64,000 nucleotides of DNA from Octopus bimaculoides (Eukaryota), in assembly GCF_001194135.2 (NCBI RefSeq), contig NC_068995.1:3513142-3577141 (forward strand), written 5' to 3'. Shown here piece after piece: positions 36,011 through 48,430 of the stretch. The notes below the pieces were generated by a model, which worked only from the letters and a program-made list of their open reading frames with translations, searched no databases and was not told the DNA's origin. Position numbers and translations under genes: made by a program. Every line of letters starts with the position of its first letter. The first letter of the stretch is position 1.

Positions 36011-36746
36011 TATATAAAATCAGTTGTTTATAAGTCTGAAAAAAGGCACAGTCTAAAAAGTTTTTGAGCAATAATATTTTATGTAATCATTGGTTATGAC
36101 TGGTCAGAAAGCTGGCATTGGTGCTATGCCTATCATTGCACTTAAGAGCAAACAACTTCCAATGATAGTAATACAGTTAACCATTTCCAGAAAGGATAAG
36201 CTTGGGTTTTAATCTCTTCTGGGTCACAAGGATCCCTAAGATCTACACCCTTTTCTGGTGTCTGTTAACTGTGACTACAGCCATTGTCTTTGTTTTATAA
36301 ATTTGTGAGAGGAATGGTGAAGCTGGCATTTCAAACTGACAGACCAGCAAACACACACACACAATGGCTTCATGTAGCTCTGTAGATTCAACTGTTGAGA
36401 GTGAAGCATCTTGGTCAGAGATATTTTGGTTCATTGTCTGCTTCTTCCATTGAGTTAGCTATCTGAATGTTCTAAGGAAAGTTTGGTTATAATTAGCAAG
36501 TGTCTTCAAGTTGTGATTGTTGCTCATAAATTTTGATTTTAATTGTCACATCTCTCAGTTATTATTCCAAGCTGGAGCCATATATTTTTTTAATCATTTA
36601 AAAAAAAAAAAATTTTTGCTATTTTTCTGTGTAGTTGATGGTGGAGGTGTTCTGTATAACCATAAATCTGTAGATGATCTGCTATTAAAATATATACTTG
36701 ATAGTTAATGTCATCTTACTGGAGAATATTGAATTAATCATCAGTT

Positions 36747-36781
<35 letters not shown>

Positions 36782-37018
36782 NNNNNNNNNNNNNNNNNNN
36801 NNNNNNNNNNNNNNNNNNNNNNNNNNNNNNNNNNNNNNNNNNNNNNNNNNNNNNNNNNNNNNNNNNNNNNNNNNNNNNNNNNNNNNNNNNNNNNNNNNNN
36901 NNNNNNNNNNNNNNNNNNNNNNNNNNNNNNNNNNNNNNNNNNNNNNNNNNNNNNNNNNNNNNNNNNNNNNNNNNNNNNNNNNNNNNNNNNNNNNNNNNNN
37001 NNNNNNNNNNNNNNNNNN

Positions 37019-37053
<35 letters not shown>

Positions 37054-37682
37054 ATGCAGACATGGGAAAGTGAATATTGAGTGGTAATGTATGTATGTAT
37101 GCATGAATGAATGGTAAGGTATTTTATTAATTAACCCCTACACTTAAAATCACCATTTAATCTAGATTATCTAATTATCTTTTTTGGGTTATTTTTGAAT
37201 CTCTACCAAATTTGTCATAGAGGTGTGTCCATGTGTATCTGTGTGTGTACACCTACACATGCATGAGAAAATACTGAAATACTGCCTGGGGTTTCTTATG
37301 TCATTCCTTTCTGAAAGCAACCAAAGGTTCCTGTCCACCNNNNNNNNNNCCCCCCCCCAACACTTTTTAAAAAGGAAAAAAAAAATTTATGCAGACTTCA
37401 CAGTTGTTTCCAAATTGTGTTTTATTCTCCTCAGACTCAACACATATCAACAACACAAGAACCAGAACATCAATTATCCTAACGAGATCTCTTTTTTTCT
37501 CTACCAATTAGCTAACACCACTCATCACCAGTTGTGAATTGGTAACGAAAGGTGAAGGGGAGGGGCAGAGACCAGCATATAATAATACAAATCAATAACA
37601 CTTGTTAATAATAATACAAAACCATAATAATAATAATAATAATAATACTTGTAGTTCAGTAAATCTACTATCTGAAGTTCCA

Positions 37683-37925
37683 TATCATCATCATCATCAT
37701 TGTCATCATCCTCTAATATCTGTCATCCATGCAGGCAGAGGTTAAATGGTTTGGCAGGAACTGACAAAGTAGAGGGCTACCTTGCTCTCTTTGGCATGGT
37801 TTCTACACCTGGATGCACTCCTTCCTGACAGCATCTCTCTTACAGAGTGCACACTGTGCTTTTTTTTTTTCTACTTGGCACCGACTCTAGTAAGATTGTC
37901 AAGTAGCTCCCCAGGCAAGACCCCN
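37683..37925 (-). mobile_element. Family G SINE-like element
   Basis: (CAT)n then CCATGCAGGC..TTGGCATGGTTTCTACACCTGGATGC, the inverse of 28940-29190. Confidence 0.7.
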
Positions 37926-38528
37926 NNNNNNNNNNNNNNNNNNNNNNNNNNNNNNNNNNNNNNNNNNNNNNNNNNNNNNNNNNNNNNNNNNNNNNNNNNN
38001 NNNNNNNNNNNNNNNNNNNNNNNNNNNNNNNNNNNNNNNNNNNNNNNNNNNNNNNNNNNNNNNNNNNNNNNNNNNNNNNNNNNNNNNNNNNNNNNNNNNN
38101 NNNNNNNNNNNNNNNNNNNNNNNNNNNNNNNNNNNNNNNNNNNNNNNNNNNNNNNNNNNNNNNNNNNNNNNNNNNNNNNNNNNNNNNNNNNNNNNNNNNN
38201 NNNNNNNNNNNNNNNNNNNNNNNNNNNNNNNNNNNNNNNNNNNNNNNNNNNNNNNNNNNNNNNNNNNNNNNNNNNNNNNNNNNNNNNNNNNNNNNNNNNN
38301 NNNNNNNNNNNNNNNNNNNNNNNNNNNNNNNNNNNNNNNNNNNNNNNNNNNNNNNNNNNNNNNNNNNNNNNNNNNNNNNNNNNNNNNNNNNNNNNNNNNN
38401 NNNNNNNNNNNNNNNNNNNNNNNNNNNNNNNNNNNNNNNNNNNNNNNNNNNNNNNNNNNNNNNNNNNNNNNNNNNNNNNNNNNNNNNNNNNNNNNNNNNN
38501 NNNNNNNNNNNNNNNNNNNNNNNNNNNN

Positions 38529-38572
<44 letters not shown>

Positions 38573-38849
38573 TCTTTACTAAAATTTTTTTTAATGACTC
38601 CCCCCCACCTTCCGTCTCCCCTCTGATTATTTGACCTTGGATAATTTGCATGTTAAATCAAGAGCATCCATGCATAGATATTATATTTTTCTCTTTATAA
38701 GGGATCGTAATTTTACACCTGAAGACATGAAGATGTTTAAGTGGGTCTTTTGTGGGTCCTTAGATGTTTTATTGTAATGCTTTTTTTCCCCCTACATATT
38801 GTAGTTTTATCTCCTTCAAACACAAGACATGATTCTTCTCTCTCTTGTT

Positions 38850-39060
38850 ATTTTAGCCAACTGTGTCTAGCATAAATATTCTATCTGTTTTATGTTCAAA
38901 CTGGCCAGATCCAGCCTCTCACATCTACCCAACCATGTCACTCTAAAATAAACTATCACATCATTGAAGTCTCTTAGTTATGAGATTTTAAATGATTAAT
39001 ACAAAACTACGTGAATAAATAAGCATTACATTTGGCAAAAATGATCCGAATGCTAAAGGG
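38850..39060 (-). mobile_element. Family E TTAA-type MITE
   Basis: Reverse-complement homolog of 23459-23684 (CTGGCCAGATCCAGCCTCTCACA..GAATGCTAAAGGG). Confidence 0.7.
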
Positions 39061-40298
39061 CCATCACACTTGGACCACGACCTGCAATTGACATGTCTAG
39101 CCTTGACCAACGAGAAAACAAGTGTTGGCTTGATAGAACATGTCCCAGTTCACAAGGGCAATTGTTTGAAGACAATGTTCTTCTACTTCTTGTTGATACA
39201 TGTTGGAGATTTTGTTTAGAAACTGCTCTAAAATTAATCTACCATTTATTATGTGTTGCCAGTGTGTGTGTGTGTGTGTGTGTGTTTCAGTGAAGGTTTG
39301 TACTGTTGGGTAAATAATACATATAAGGAAATGGCTTTCATAATTGTGAATGTGTTTGGAGAAACGAATGTTTTAAATTTGGAAGAACAATTGTTACTTT
39401 TGTTTGTGTGACCGTGATTGAAATGAAAATCAATACCAATGCTTATTGATACAATCCTTCAGTGATGGGCCATGAAGAACTGCCAATGTCAAGGAGCTAA
39501 GTTTACCGAAACTAACACCTTGTTTCCTATGATTCTCTGGTTAATCAATGTGATGTGTTGTTCTCCATTTTTCCAATATGGAAGATGGTGCCGTCGTATA
39601 AGGGATTGTGCAGAAATGTATTGCTGAGGTTGGTGTTGAATTAAGGAAGCGTTGGCTCCCAAATGAGCCAGACTGTTGCTTCGTTGTAAAGTTTATAAAG
39701 ATAATGTTAATTAGACAGTGTTGAAAACTAGTCTGTCGAAAACATATCAGAGAATAAGGAATCTTCCAGGAAGAACTTTGCTTTGATGAAATCTGTTTGG
39801 TACATAGTAAATAACACACACAGACACACACACACACATGTTCATTCTTTGAGCCTTTTACAGGGAACCAATGTTTGCTAACACTTTTTATCGACTCCGT
39901 ATTAATTTGTTTTAATAAGACTCCCCCCCCCCCCCCCCACCCACATCCACACAGTATATCTTGTGCGTCGGTCATCATCGTTCACTCTGCCTCCAGTAGT
40001 GTGTTTTGCTACCGATGAGCAAATGCAGGAGGAATTGCGATGAAGATGGAGTTTACATCGTTTTGTGCCTCTGTAAAATAATGCAGTAAAGTGTTTCTCT
40101 GATGATCTGTTGTGGTTCCTCATCCAATTGCACTTGGAAAATGCTTTTGCAGGGGTTCCAAACAACCACAATGGTGAAGTGTACATTAGGAACGAATGAT
40201 ATAGACTTCTGTTTATTATAATTTCTCCTATACACACATACATATGTGTGTATGTGCGTGCGTGCGTATGTATGTGTGTATGTATATGTATGTATATA

Positions 40299-40357
<59 letters not shown>

Positions 40358-43265
40358 NNNNNNNNNNNNNNNNNNNNNNNNNNNNNNNNNNNNNNNNNNN
40401 NNNNNNNNNNNNNNNNNNNNNNNNNNNNNNNNNNNNNNNNNNNNNNNNNNNNNNNNNNNNNNNNNNNNNNNNNNNNNNNNNNNNNNNNNNNNNNNNNNNN
40501 NNNNNNNNNNNNNTATATACATATACAGGGGAAAATAAAGATAAATGAAAATATAAATAAACAAAGAAAAAAAAAAGGACCCACTACAAAGTGACTCTAG
40601 GACTTTGTCTTTCTTGCCCTGCTCATTCTCCAAAAATATGATGTGTGATGGCAAATCTAGCCATGTTTTGTTTTTCTCTATTTGTGTATTGGAATGTTTT
40701 TTTGGTGATTGTTTGATATAAAAATATTCTGAATAAAAGCTTACAGAAACTACGTGAAAATCTATTGTTAATCCACATATATTTCATTCATATTATTTTA
40801 TTTTATTATAATTGTTTTTGTTGTTGTTCTGTGTGTAGTTGTTATTTATATTTCAAATATTATCTCCAATCATCCATTGTACACATTCAGCTAAACTAAA
40901 CTAGTTTTGCTCTCTTCAACATTCTTTTCCTGTTTTTGTTTTTTTTAAAATTAAACAATAAAAAAAAAAATCTAAATAAAGCTTTTCAATTTGATGTTTT
41001 TTATCCGTTGTTTTTTTTATTTTATTTCATCTTATTTTATTATCTTTTGTTCATCAATTGTGGAAATGTTTCACTGTTACCACCATCTGAAGACGATGGT
41101 ATTGATTCTAAGACAAGACGGTTACTTAAACCTTTCGTCATGTTCTACAGAATATCTCCAAATGAATTTAAATAATTTTACATATCCATCTCCTGTTGAA
41201 ATTCCAATTCTTAGATTGCCTTAAAATCAGTGAAAACATTTGCCTGTTTATATTTCTATGACTTGTATTAAAAATCCACATCTTGACCCTGTGATTTGAC
41301 CTTCTCTTTCTATTTATCATAACGTAGCCACCACGATGACTTCGGTGAGTATTACCCCTATATTTCCACTTTTACAAAATTCATTAGAAATAAAAGTAAA
41401 AACCTTTTATGTTTTTTAATTCACATTTCTTATTTTTATGTTTATATTTTGCTTGTTTTCTTTGTTTGTGTACCATTTCTTTTTTTTTTTTCATGTTTTT
41501 TCTTTAAAAAAATATTCCCATCTTTCATTAGATCTGTCACTTTATTATCCTAAGTTTGTTGTTGTTATCCACTTTTGCTGACGTGAATTTATTAGCCAGC
41601 ATGTTTGTAGTTCGTTAAAGTGGTGCTAATTATTGAGTTAACCTATTGTTTGATATTGTTTCACATCCACCCACCCACCACTCCCATCCCCCCTTAGCTT
41701 CTCTAGAAATAGTTTTTTTGTTGGAACTATTGGTTCACAGAAGGATTCCACCTTTGTTCCTACTTTGACACAAAGAACATAATGTAAACATGGAACCTGT
41801 TACCAGTCAGGCAGTCTGAAGCAGGCAACATTTAATACTTTAACTGAGACTACAATAAAATCTACATTTATGCATATGATTGAGTGATTGAGCGGAGGGC
41901 TGGCACCAACTTCATATTTCAGTCTTCGTACTTCTTAGCAAATTGTGAAGAAATAGCAAAACAGAAACAAAAAAAAGCACAATAAAAGCAGTTTCCTCAG
42001 TTGACTGAGGAAACTTTGGAAATTCAGCAATTCCTAAGATATTAGGTATTTCATATATAGTAGTTATACGTCAAAAGATCATGATATAGATATAAAGACG
42101 TGATATAGTTGGGGTCAGTTTTAATATGATAGAATGACCTTATCTCCATTAAAAGCCTTGAGAATGAACTTTCTTAGACAAGGCTTTACTGATGAAGTAG
42201 AATAAGGATGAGTCATATCTGAAGTTGTTTCTAATGATCAGACTCATTCCCGACTACATTCTACTTTTAATTAAACTTTCCCAAGTTATCTCCCTTGACT
42301 TTTTGACTAGAATTATTTGTTAACATTTTTACTTATTTTTCTCAGTAATACATGTGTTTCATTCTAATGTATTGCTTCACTCTATTAATTATGTTAGCAC
42401 TGGTTTCACCGTAATTAAGATACCCTTCTAGTAATTTATCCTATTTTGATAATGATGTTGGTAGTTCCTGTAACATAGTAGTAGTAGCAGCAGCAGTAGT
42501 CGTAGTAGTAAAGTAGTCAATTTTTAATCTAGTTGGAACTGTTGCCACATCATCTTGTCATCAATTCCAAAGTAATTGTCTTGGATATTGCAAGAGCTGT
42601 TTCGAAATGGAAAATGTCTATACTGAACCAATGAAGCACCATTCTGCTGTTAGATTTCTTCAGCTCTGTTAAAATGGCTATAAATCAACAAAGGAACTGT
42701 TTGGTGAGTTGCTCAGTCTGTTAGAAATGACAGCTAAATCTCTCTCTCTGACAATGACACTCTACAAGAATGATACATTGGGTAAAGTATTCCTAGATGC
42801 ACCATGCCTTACAAATAAATGGAATTATCATGACTTCTTTTGACCATTGGCTGACCTTGGGTTAAATGTCAACTACATTGCTATTCTATGCATTTGGTCC
42901 TTAACAACATAAAGAACCCCTCTGTGATATATGGCATACCTTGGGGTTCTAAACTTAGTGAGGCCTGTTACTCTGCAGGTCTGGTCAGAACCAGTTTCTT
43001 CCAGATCTTTCTTGGATAAGTCAGCTGTAACGGATTTCTTTTTGTGGGAGAAGCAGTCTATTTCAGTATTGGGTTGGTTCTTCAATTATTGACCTTCAGA
43101 GGGTGAATGGTAAAGTTCACCTTTGTGATATTTGAACTTGGAGCACCGAGATTGGGAATGAATGTTGCAAGACAGTCTAAAATGACTTTGCCAATTCTTC
43201 AGAAATGGATGATTCCAATGGACATTTCTGTCTGGCACCAGCTTTGTGAGTTGGTTGTGGTTGTG

Positions 43266-43452
43266 TTTTAACCTTTCAATGTTCAGATTGCTGTCAAATG
43301 CATTTTCTTATAGCTTTAAGAGTTCAAAGATATGATTGTTTATTTTTAGAATGACATTATAGAATATGTGTGAGGGGTCAGATCTGGCCAGTTTGAACAT
43401 AAAACAGGTAGAATATTTGGGCTAGATATGGCTGGTTTCAATACCAGAGGGA
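43266..43452 (+). mobile_element. Family E TTAA-type MITE, internally deleted
   Basis: TTTAACCTTTCAATGTTCAGAT..CAGATCTGGCCAGTTTGAACATAAAACAGGTAGAATATTTGGGCTAGATATGGCTGGTTT. Confidence 0.7.
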
Positions 43453-43874
43453 GGTTTGGACCCTATTGAGTAGATCCTCAATCAAAGCCATTCTGGCCAT
43501 GACCACCCAATCTTCTTCAGGATACATGTAGGACAACATTGTTAAACAAATGATTATTTTCTTTAGATGGTAGGATGTGATTTGAAAAAGATTTGGCTGT
43601 TATTTCTAGCAGATCATATGACCAGTTGAACACTAAAACTTTTCAGTCACTTAGAGTTGTTTTGTGTTTGTTTTGCTATATTTTGCAGTTCATATTGTGT
43701 TTGTTTTTGTACACCAGGTGGCACTGTTGTTTCTCAACGCAATAACTCTGAAACAGTTATTATATTCAATTGCTTTGTTTCCATAGTAACAACAGCTTCC
43801 TTCTTTAATACTATTTCTTTGGTTTGTGAAATTATTATTATGATTATGTCAGCACATCACTCAAAATGTTTATT

Positions 43875-44005
43875 GGCATTTTACCTGTTTTTACCTTCTG
43901 AACTCAAATTCCACTGATGTCAGTTTTACCTTTCAGGCTGGGGTCAATCTGATCAACCAGCCTCCTCCCCCCAAATTTCAGGCCTTTTGCCTATGGTCAA
44001 AAGGA
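43875..44005 (+). mobile_element. SINE family A, internally deleted
   Basis: CTGAACTCAAATTCC..GCTGGGGTCAATCTGATCAAC..CCCAAATTTCAGGCCTTTTGCCTA..AAAGGATT. Confidence 0.7.
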
Positions 44006-47000
44006 TTGTAAATTATAATTGTTATTATTAAGATGGCAAGCTGGAAAAAATCATTAGTATACAGGAGAACATGGAAGGCCCCATTTTTCTGTTGCTTTGG
44101 GGCACCAGATTATGAAGACCAGGGATGCTGTTAGATATTCTTAATTCCACACGGTGCTACATGGAAAATAATGAATATGAAATTATAAAGATGAGGGACA
44201 TTTAACAAAGAAAGACGTTCTTTTGTGGAAGTTTTAGAGGATTAACGATCTGGGAACATGTTTAATTAGTTTCAACTAGATAGTAATTTAAAGCAACTAG
44301 TGTTACATTAAAAACTGTGAATTAAGTCTAATATTAAACCTCGTTAATTACAGGTGAAATCTTTTGCTGACGAATTGAAGAGATGGCTATTATAGTTTAT
44401 TGTTGCATTTGCATGTTGTTTTTTTTTTTGTTTACAGTATTATTAATTAATTGGTTTACCTTTTAATTAAGTGGCTCTACTTGATCACCTCCATTTCTCC
44501 TTGTCCTCAAGACATAGGGTTCTTTTGGGATTCAGTACAGTTGGTCATAACACCTTTGATCTTTAGGTCAGCTCAGTCAGGGCTGTCCTGAAGCTAAATA
44601 ACAACTACAACAACAACAGATCTAAGCAGCTGTACTGAAACTAAAAGACCACTATGAGACCAGTAGAACAGACCTGGGGCTAAACAATGACAGTTGTACT
44701 GAAGTGGAAAGACCATTGTGACAGGATGGAGACCAGTGCCTGGCTGCTGTCTGTTTTGACTTAGATTTTTGATTAGATCTTGTACCATGTTTAAATGGGT
44801 TATGGACTGAGTCTGTTACACAAAAGACAGGAATGGTCCTTCTGGCAAGATTCTGTACAAATTTGTCTGTCAAGTTTCCCAAAGAAGGCATTGTTTGATG
44901 TAAATCTGTGACTGTGATGCAAGATATTTGTCTAAGAGACTGCACAACAGAATTGAACACCAACCATTTTTTTAGGAAGTACCTATTTCTTAACCATTCA
45001 CTGATGCCCTTCAGTACCATTCTGAAAGCCTTCTTCAGAAATCCATTTTACAAAATTGATATATTACACCTGAAAATAGTTTGTGTTCAAAGCTAGATTT
45101 AAGCTCTGGGTTACCTATTAGGTTCAGTGGATGTCAAGGAATGTGAGTCTGTCAAGTACCAGTTGACAACTAATTGACTTGGTTATTTTCTTCAGCACTG
45201 TAAAAATGGTCATCAGCCAACAAAGGAACCCTTGATAGGGTTGCTCGATTTGTTAGAAATAGCAGCCAAATTTCCCTCAATTTTGGTTAATTTAATGGCA
45301 CTATTGCAGTTAACCTCATATAAACTGCATTGCCTAATGTACCATCTACAGACTCCCTATTTCACCCCTTTGCTACAAATCTATCTCTGGGACTGCCCTT
45401 TGATACAAACTTTCTGTTTCAAAGTGATCTAAAAGTCTTTCATCAAAATTTCATGTTGATTTATATTCCAAACCCGAAATCCTTCATTATTTTAGGAAGT
45501 AATTGAAACAAGGGCATTGGATTTCAGTGGAAACCATAATGAAGGGATTAAGGTAATCTAAATTAAGATTTCATGTTAATTTATGATCCAAATACTGCCT
45601 TAATAAGAACAACGTCATTTTTCTTAAATTCCTTATTTTCAAAATTGATTTAAAATAAATGTGAAATATTTTAACAAGAATATACCATCTTTATGATAAG
45701 AGAAAGGGTAAGCTAATCTAAGATTAACGAGGAGGTGATTAAGTTAGTCCTGGATTTATTTCTAAATGTTTGTATTTATTGAAATTTTTATTTGTTTTCG
45801 TGTTTTATTAAAAAGAATGTTATTTTCCCAGCACAGTTGATGTTACCTTTGAGAATTGCAAATGTTTTGAATCTGGAATTATTTAAATTGTTTTAGCGTT
45901 TTATTTTAAATAACAATAAATATTTCAAATTCTTTTTTCTCTGATTCTCAAACTATGATAAAGTTTAGGAATTATTGAATTAAATCATTAAAGTAAAAAT
46001 TTAAAAAAATTAACGATAAAAATGTCTTGTATTTGCTTAGATATTAAAACAGTTGTCCCCCTTAGTTAAGGAGCGTATTGAGTTAGTTACCTCCCTTGAG
46101 TACGTGTTGACCTGAGTTGCCTCCCCTACCAACAAATGCTTTTTTTTTTTTTTTTTACAGGCTGAGTTGTCTTTCCTGTCTTCCGCTTCTCGGGATTGAT
46201 AATTAAACAAATGATTATTTCTGCTCATTAAGAGTATGAATTTAATCAAATAAAATTTGTTAGCTAACTACATTAAATAGGTCAGCTCTTAGTTTACTAT
46301 TTGGCTATCATTCAGCGCGTAATCCCTGTATATTTTCCCTTGTTTCGTAACAATTTATTGCATTCAACATTATGGGCCTTGCATCAGCACCCAACGCTAT
46401 TTGGCCGTGGTAGTTAGGTTTCAACCCCCAACCATGTCGTCCGTAATCTGGGGTTTTAATTGTTCAGCCATTGCATCTGCTCCTGAATGTGCCAATGACC
46501 AATGACGATCATCAAAGTTAATTACGAAACAGCACACCTGTGTACAGGTAGAGACTGGTACAGCTACATCAGTCTTCTAGGCTTTCCCAATAAAGAAGAC
46601 ATTGTTTTCAATGTCTTGTATTTTTTTCACACAAACATACAACCACGTTTAGCATGACCGCAGCCACTTGGCTGAAACACATAAATAAATAAATAAATAA
46701 ATATATATATATATATAAGAGTAATGGAAAATGGCAACAAACGCACAAGATGTTATTTAAATCATACATATTAAATGATTTAAATAAAATCTTGTGTGTT
46801 TGTCTTCGTTTCCCATTATTCTTATGTTCTCCAAAACACGTCCCACTTCTCGTGGTTACTAATTTCTTAGGAACCTATGTGACATTTGGCTATCCTGGTA
46901 AACGTTTCTCTGGAGCTTTCCTTGTAAATTAAACACACATATATATATATATATGTATGTATATATACTTGTTTTTGCAAGAATATTGTATTAAACTTTT

Positions 47001-47426
47001 ACAAGGGAAAGGTTGACTGTGAATCTGAAGTTTTGGTTCATGCTCACAATCATCAGACTGTCTGTAACCTCGAAGTCATTGTCGGCTTTTTTAAGCGTTT
47101 AATCTACATGTATCTTCATATTAAATAATCCTTCAGTTTAATCTTCAATAGTCTTCAGATATAATTTGAGATGAAAACAGACATTAATATATGTGTGTGT
47201 GTGTATTTATAAATACGTATCTGGTATTTGTATTTATTTATTTGTTTATTTATTTATTGTATGTGTAATTCATGAATTCATTTGCTTATTGTTTTAATTT
47301 ATATTCAGCTTTCAGAACCTGGCACCTTCTTTGGTGAAGTTCTCTATTGGGCTGTACAGCTACAACCCCAACATCTTACTATGGCAGCATGACTAGTGAA
47401 GATTTCTCAGTTGAAAGAAACAGTGT

Positions 47427-47461
<35 letters not shown>

Positions 47462-47500
47462 NNNNNNNNNNCTCTCTCTCTTTCTCACACATACACTCAC

Positions 47501-47600
47501 CAATGGCACGGACAGAACTGATCATCTAAACTCTGGCGCTGACGCAGAGTATCAGTTGTTAATGCAGTTTTTCTAGCAATTACTGTTATCTCAGAGTTTT
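47501..47600 (-). other. Candidate orphan spliced exon (100 nt) of an unidentified minus-strand transcript
   Basis: A long polypyrimidine tract and AATAG acceptor, and a TG|GTGAGT donor. One open frame gives xNSEITVIARKTALTTDTLRQRQSLDDQFCPCH. No partner exon or homology recognised. Confidence 0.35.
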
Positions 47601-47828
47601 CTATTTGAGAAGATATTTGAAAAGAAAAGAAAAGAAAAAAAAGCCTCAAACAAACAAAAAAAGAAAGGAAAAAAGAAAACAATCATAAATTATCTTCATA
47701 TTTTCGTTTGTTTTTTTTTTGTCATTAGCTACACATTTTTTTGTTTCAATCATTTAAAAAAAAAAATTTTTTTTAACACCAAAGGAAAACCTGGCAGTAT
47801 TTTGAACGTGGACCAACGGTCATCTGTT

Positions 47829-47883
<55 letters not shown>

Positions 47884-47987
47884 AAGGATAATATAACTTA
47901 TTCTATTCATCATTTCTTTTATACTTCAATTAACACACATGTTGAAATAAAATAGCAAAATATGACATCCGTGGTGATACCATCATA

Positions 47988-48023
<36 letters not shown>

Positions 48024-48139
48024 AATAATGATAATATATTAAAAAGAACATGCACATTTCATCATACATAAAGGGCCGAGAGTTGGAACTTCATCATGCT
48101 CTATGTGCCTCCAGCTGTTCTCTCACTTTCATCCACTCT

Positions 48140-48299
48140 TGCTCTCTCTCTCTCTCTCTCTCTCTATTTATATCTACCTATCTATCTTTTAATCTATCTT
48201 CTTTTATTTTTTCTCTTTCCTTCCCTTTCTCTCTATCTATCTATCCATCTCTCCATCTATCTGTCTATCTATCTGTCTATCTATCTGTCTATCTATCTG

Positions 48300-48350
<51 letters not shown>

Positions 48351-48430
48351 CACCTCTCTCACACACAGCCGCACACACACACACATGCAAGCATGCATAC
48401 ATACATACAGACAAGCAGGCACATACATAC
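48140..48430. repeat. (CT)n, (CTAT/CTGT)n tetranucleotide and (CA)n microsatellites
   Basis: Directly visible. Confidence 0.95.

Noticed and set aside
12479-42215. AP-1 heptamers (12479, 17673, 19007, 34729, 42209) as a JNK feedback signature
   Set aside because: The number noticed is about what chance predicts for 64 kb, so there is no enrichment.
42860-43250. Nearly open ~125-codon minus frame, and the 122-aa ORF at 44652-45020
   Set aside because: No recognisable motifs or splice signals; possibly old TE debris.
47316-47392. PGTFFGEV, resembling a cyclic-nucleotide-binding motif after an AG acceptor
   Set aside because: A stop follows within 25 codons, there is no good donor, and no other CNB-domain exons are visible.
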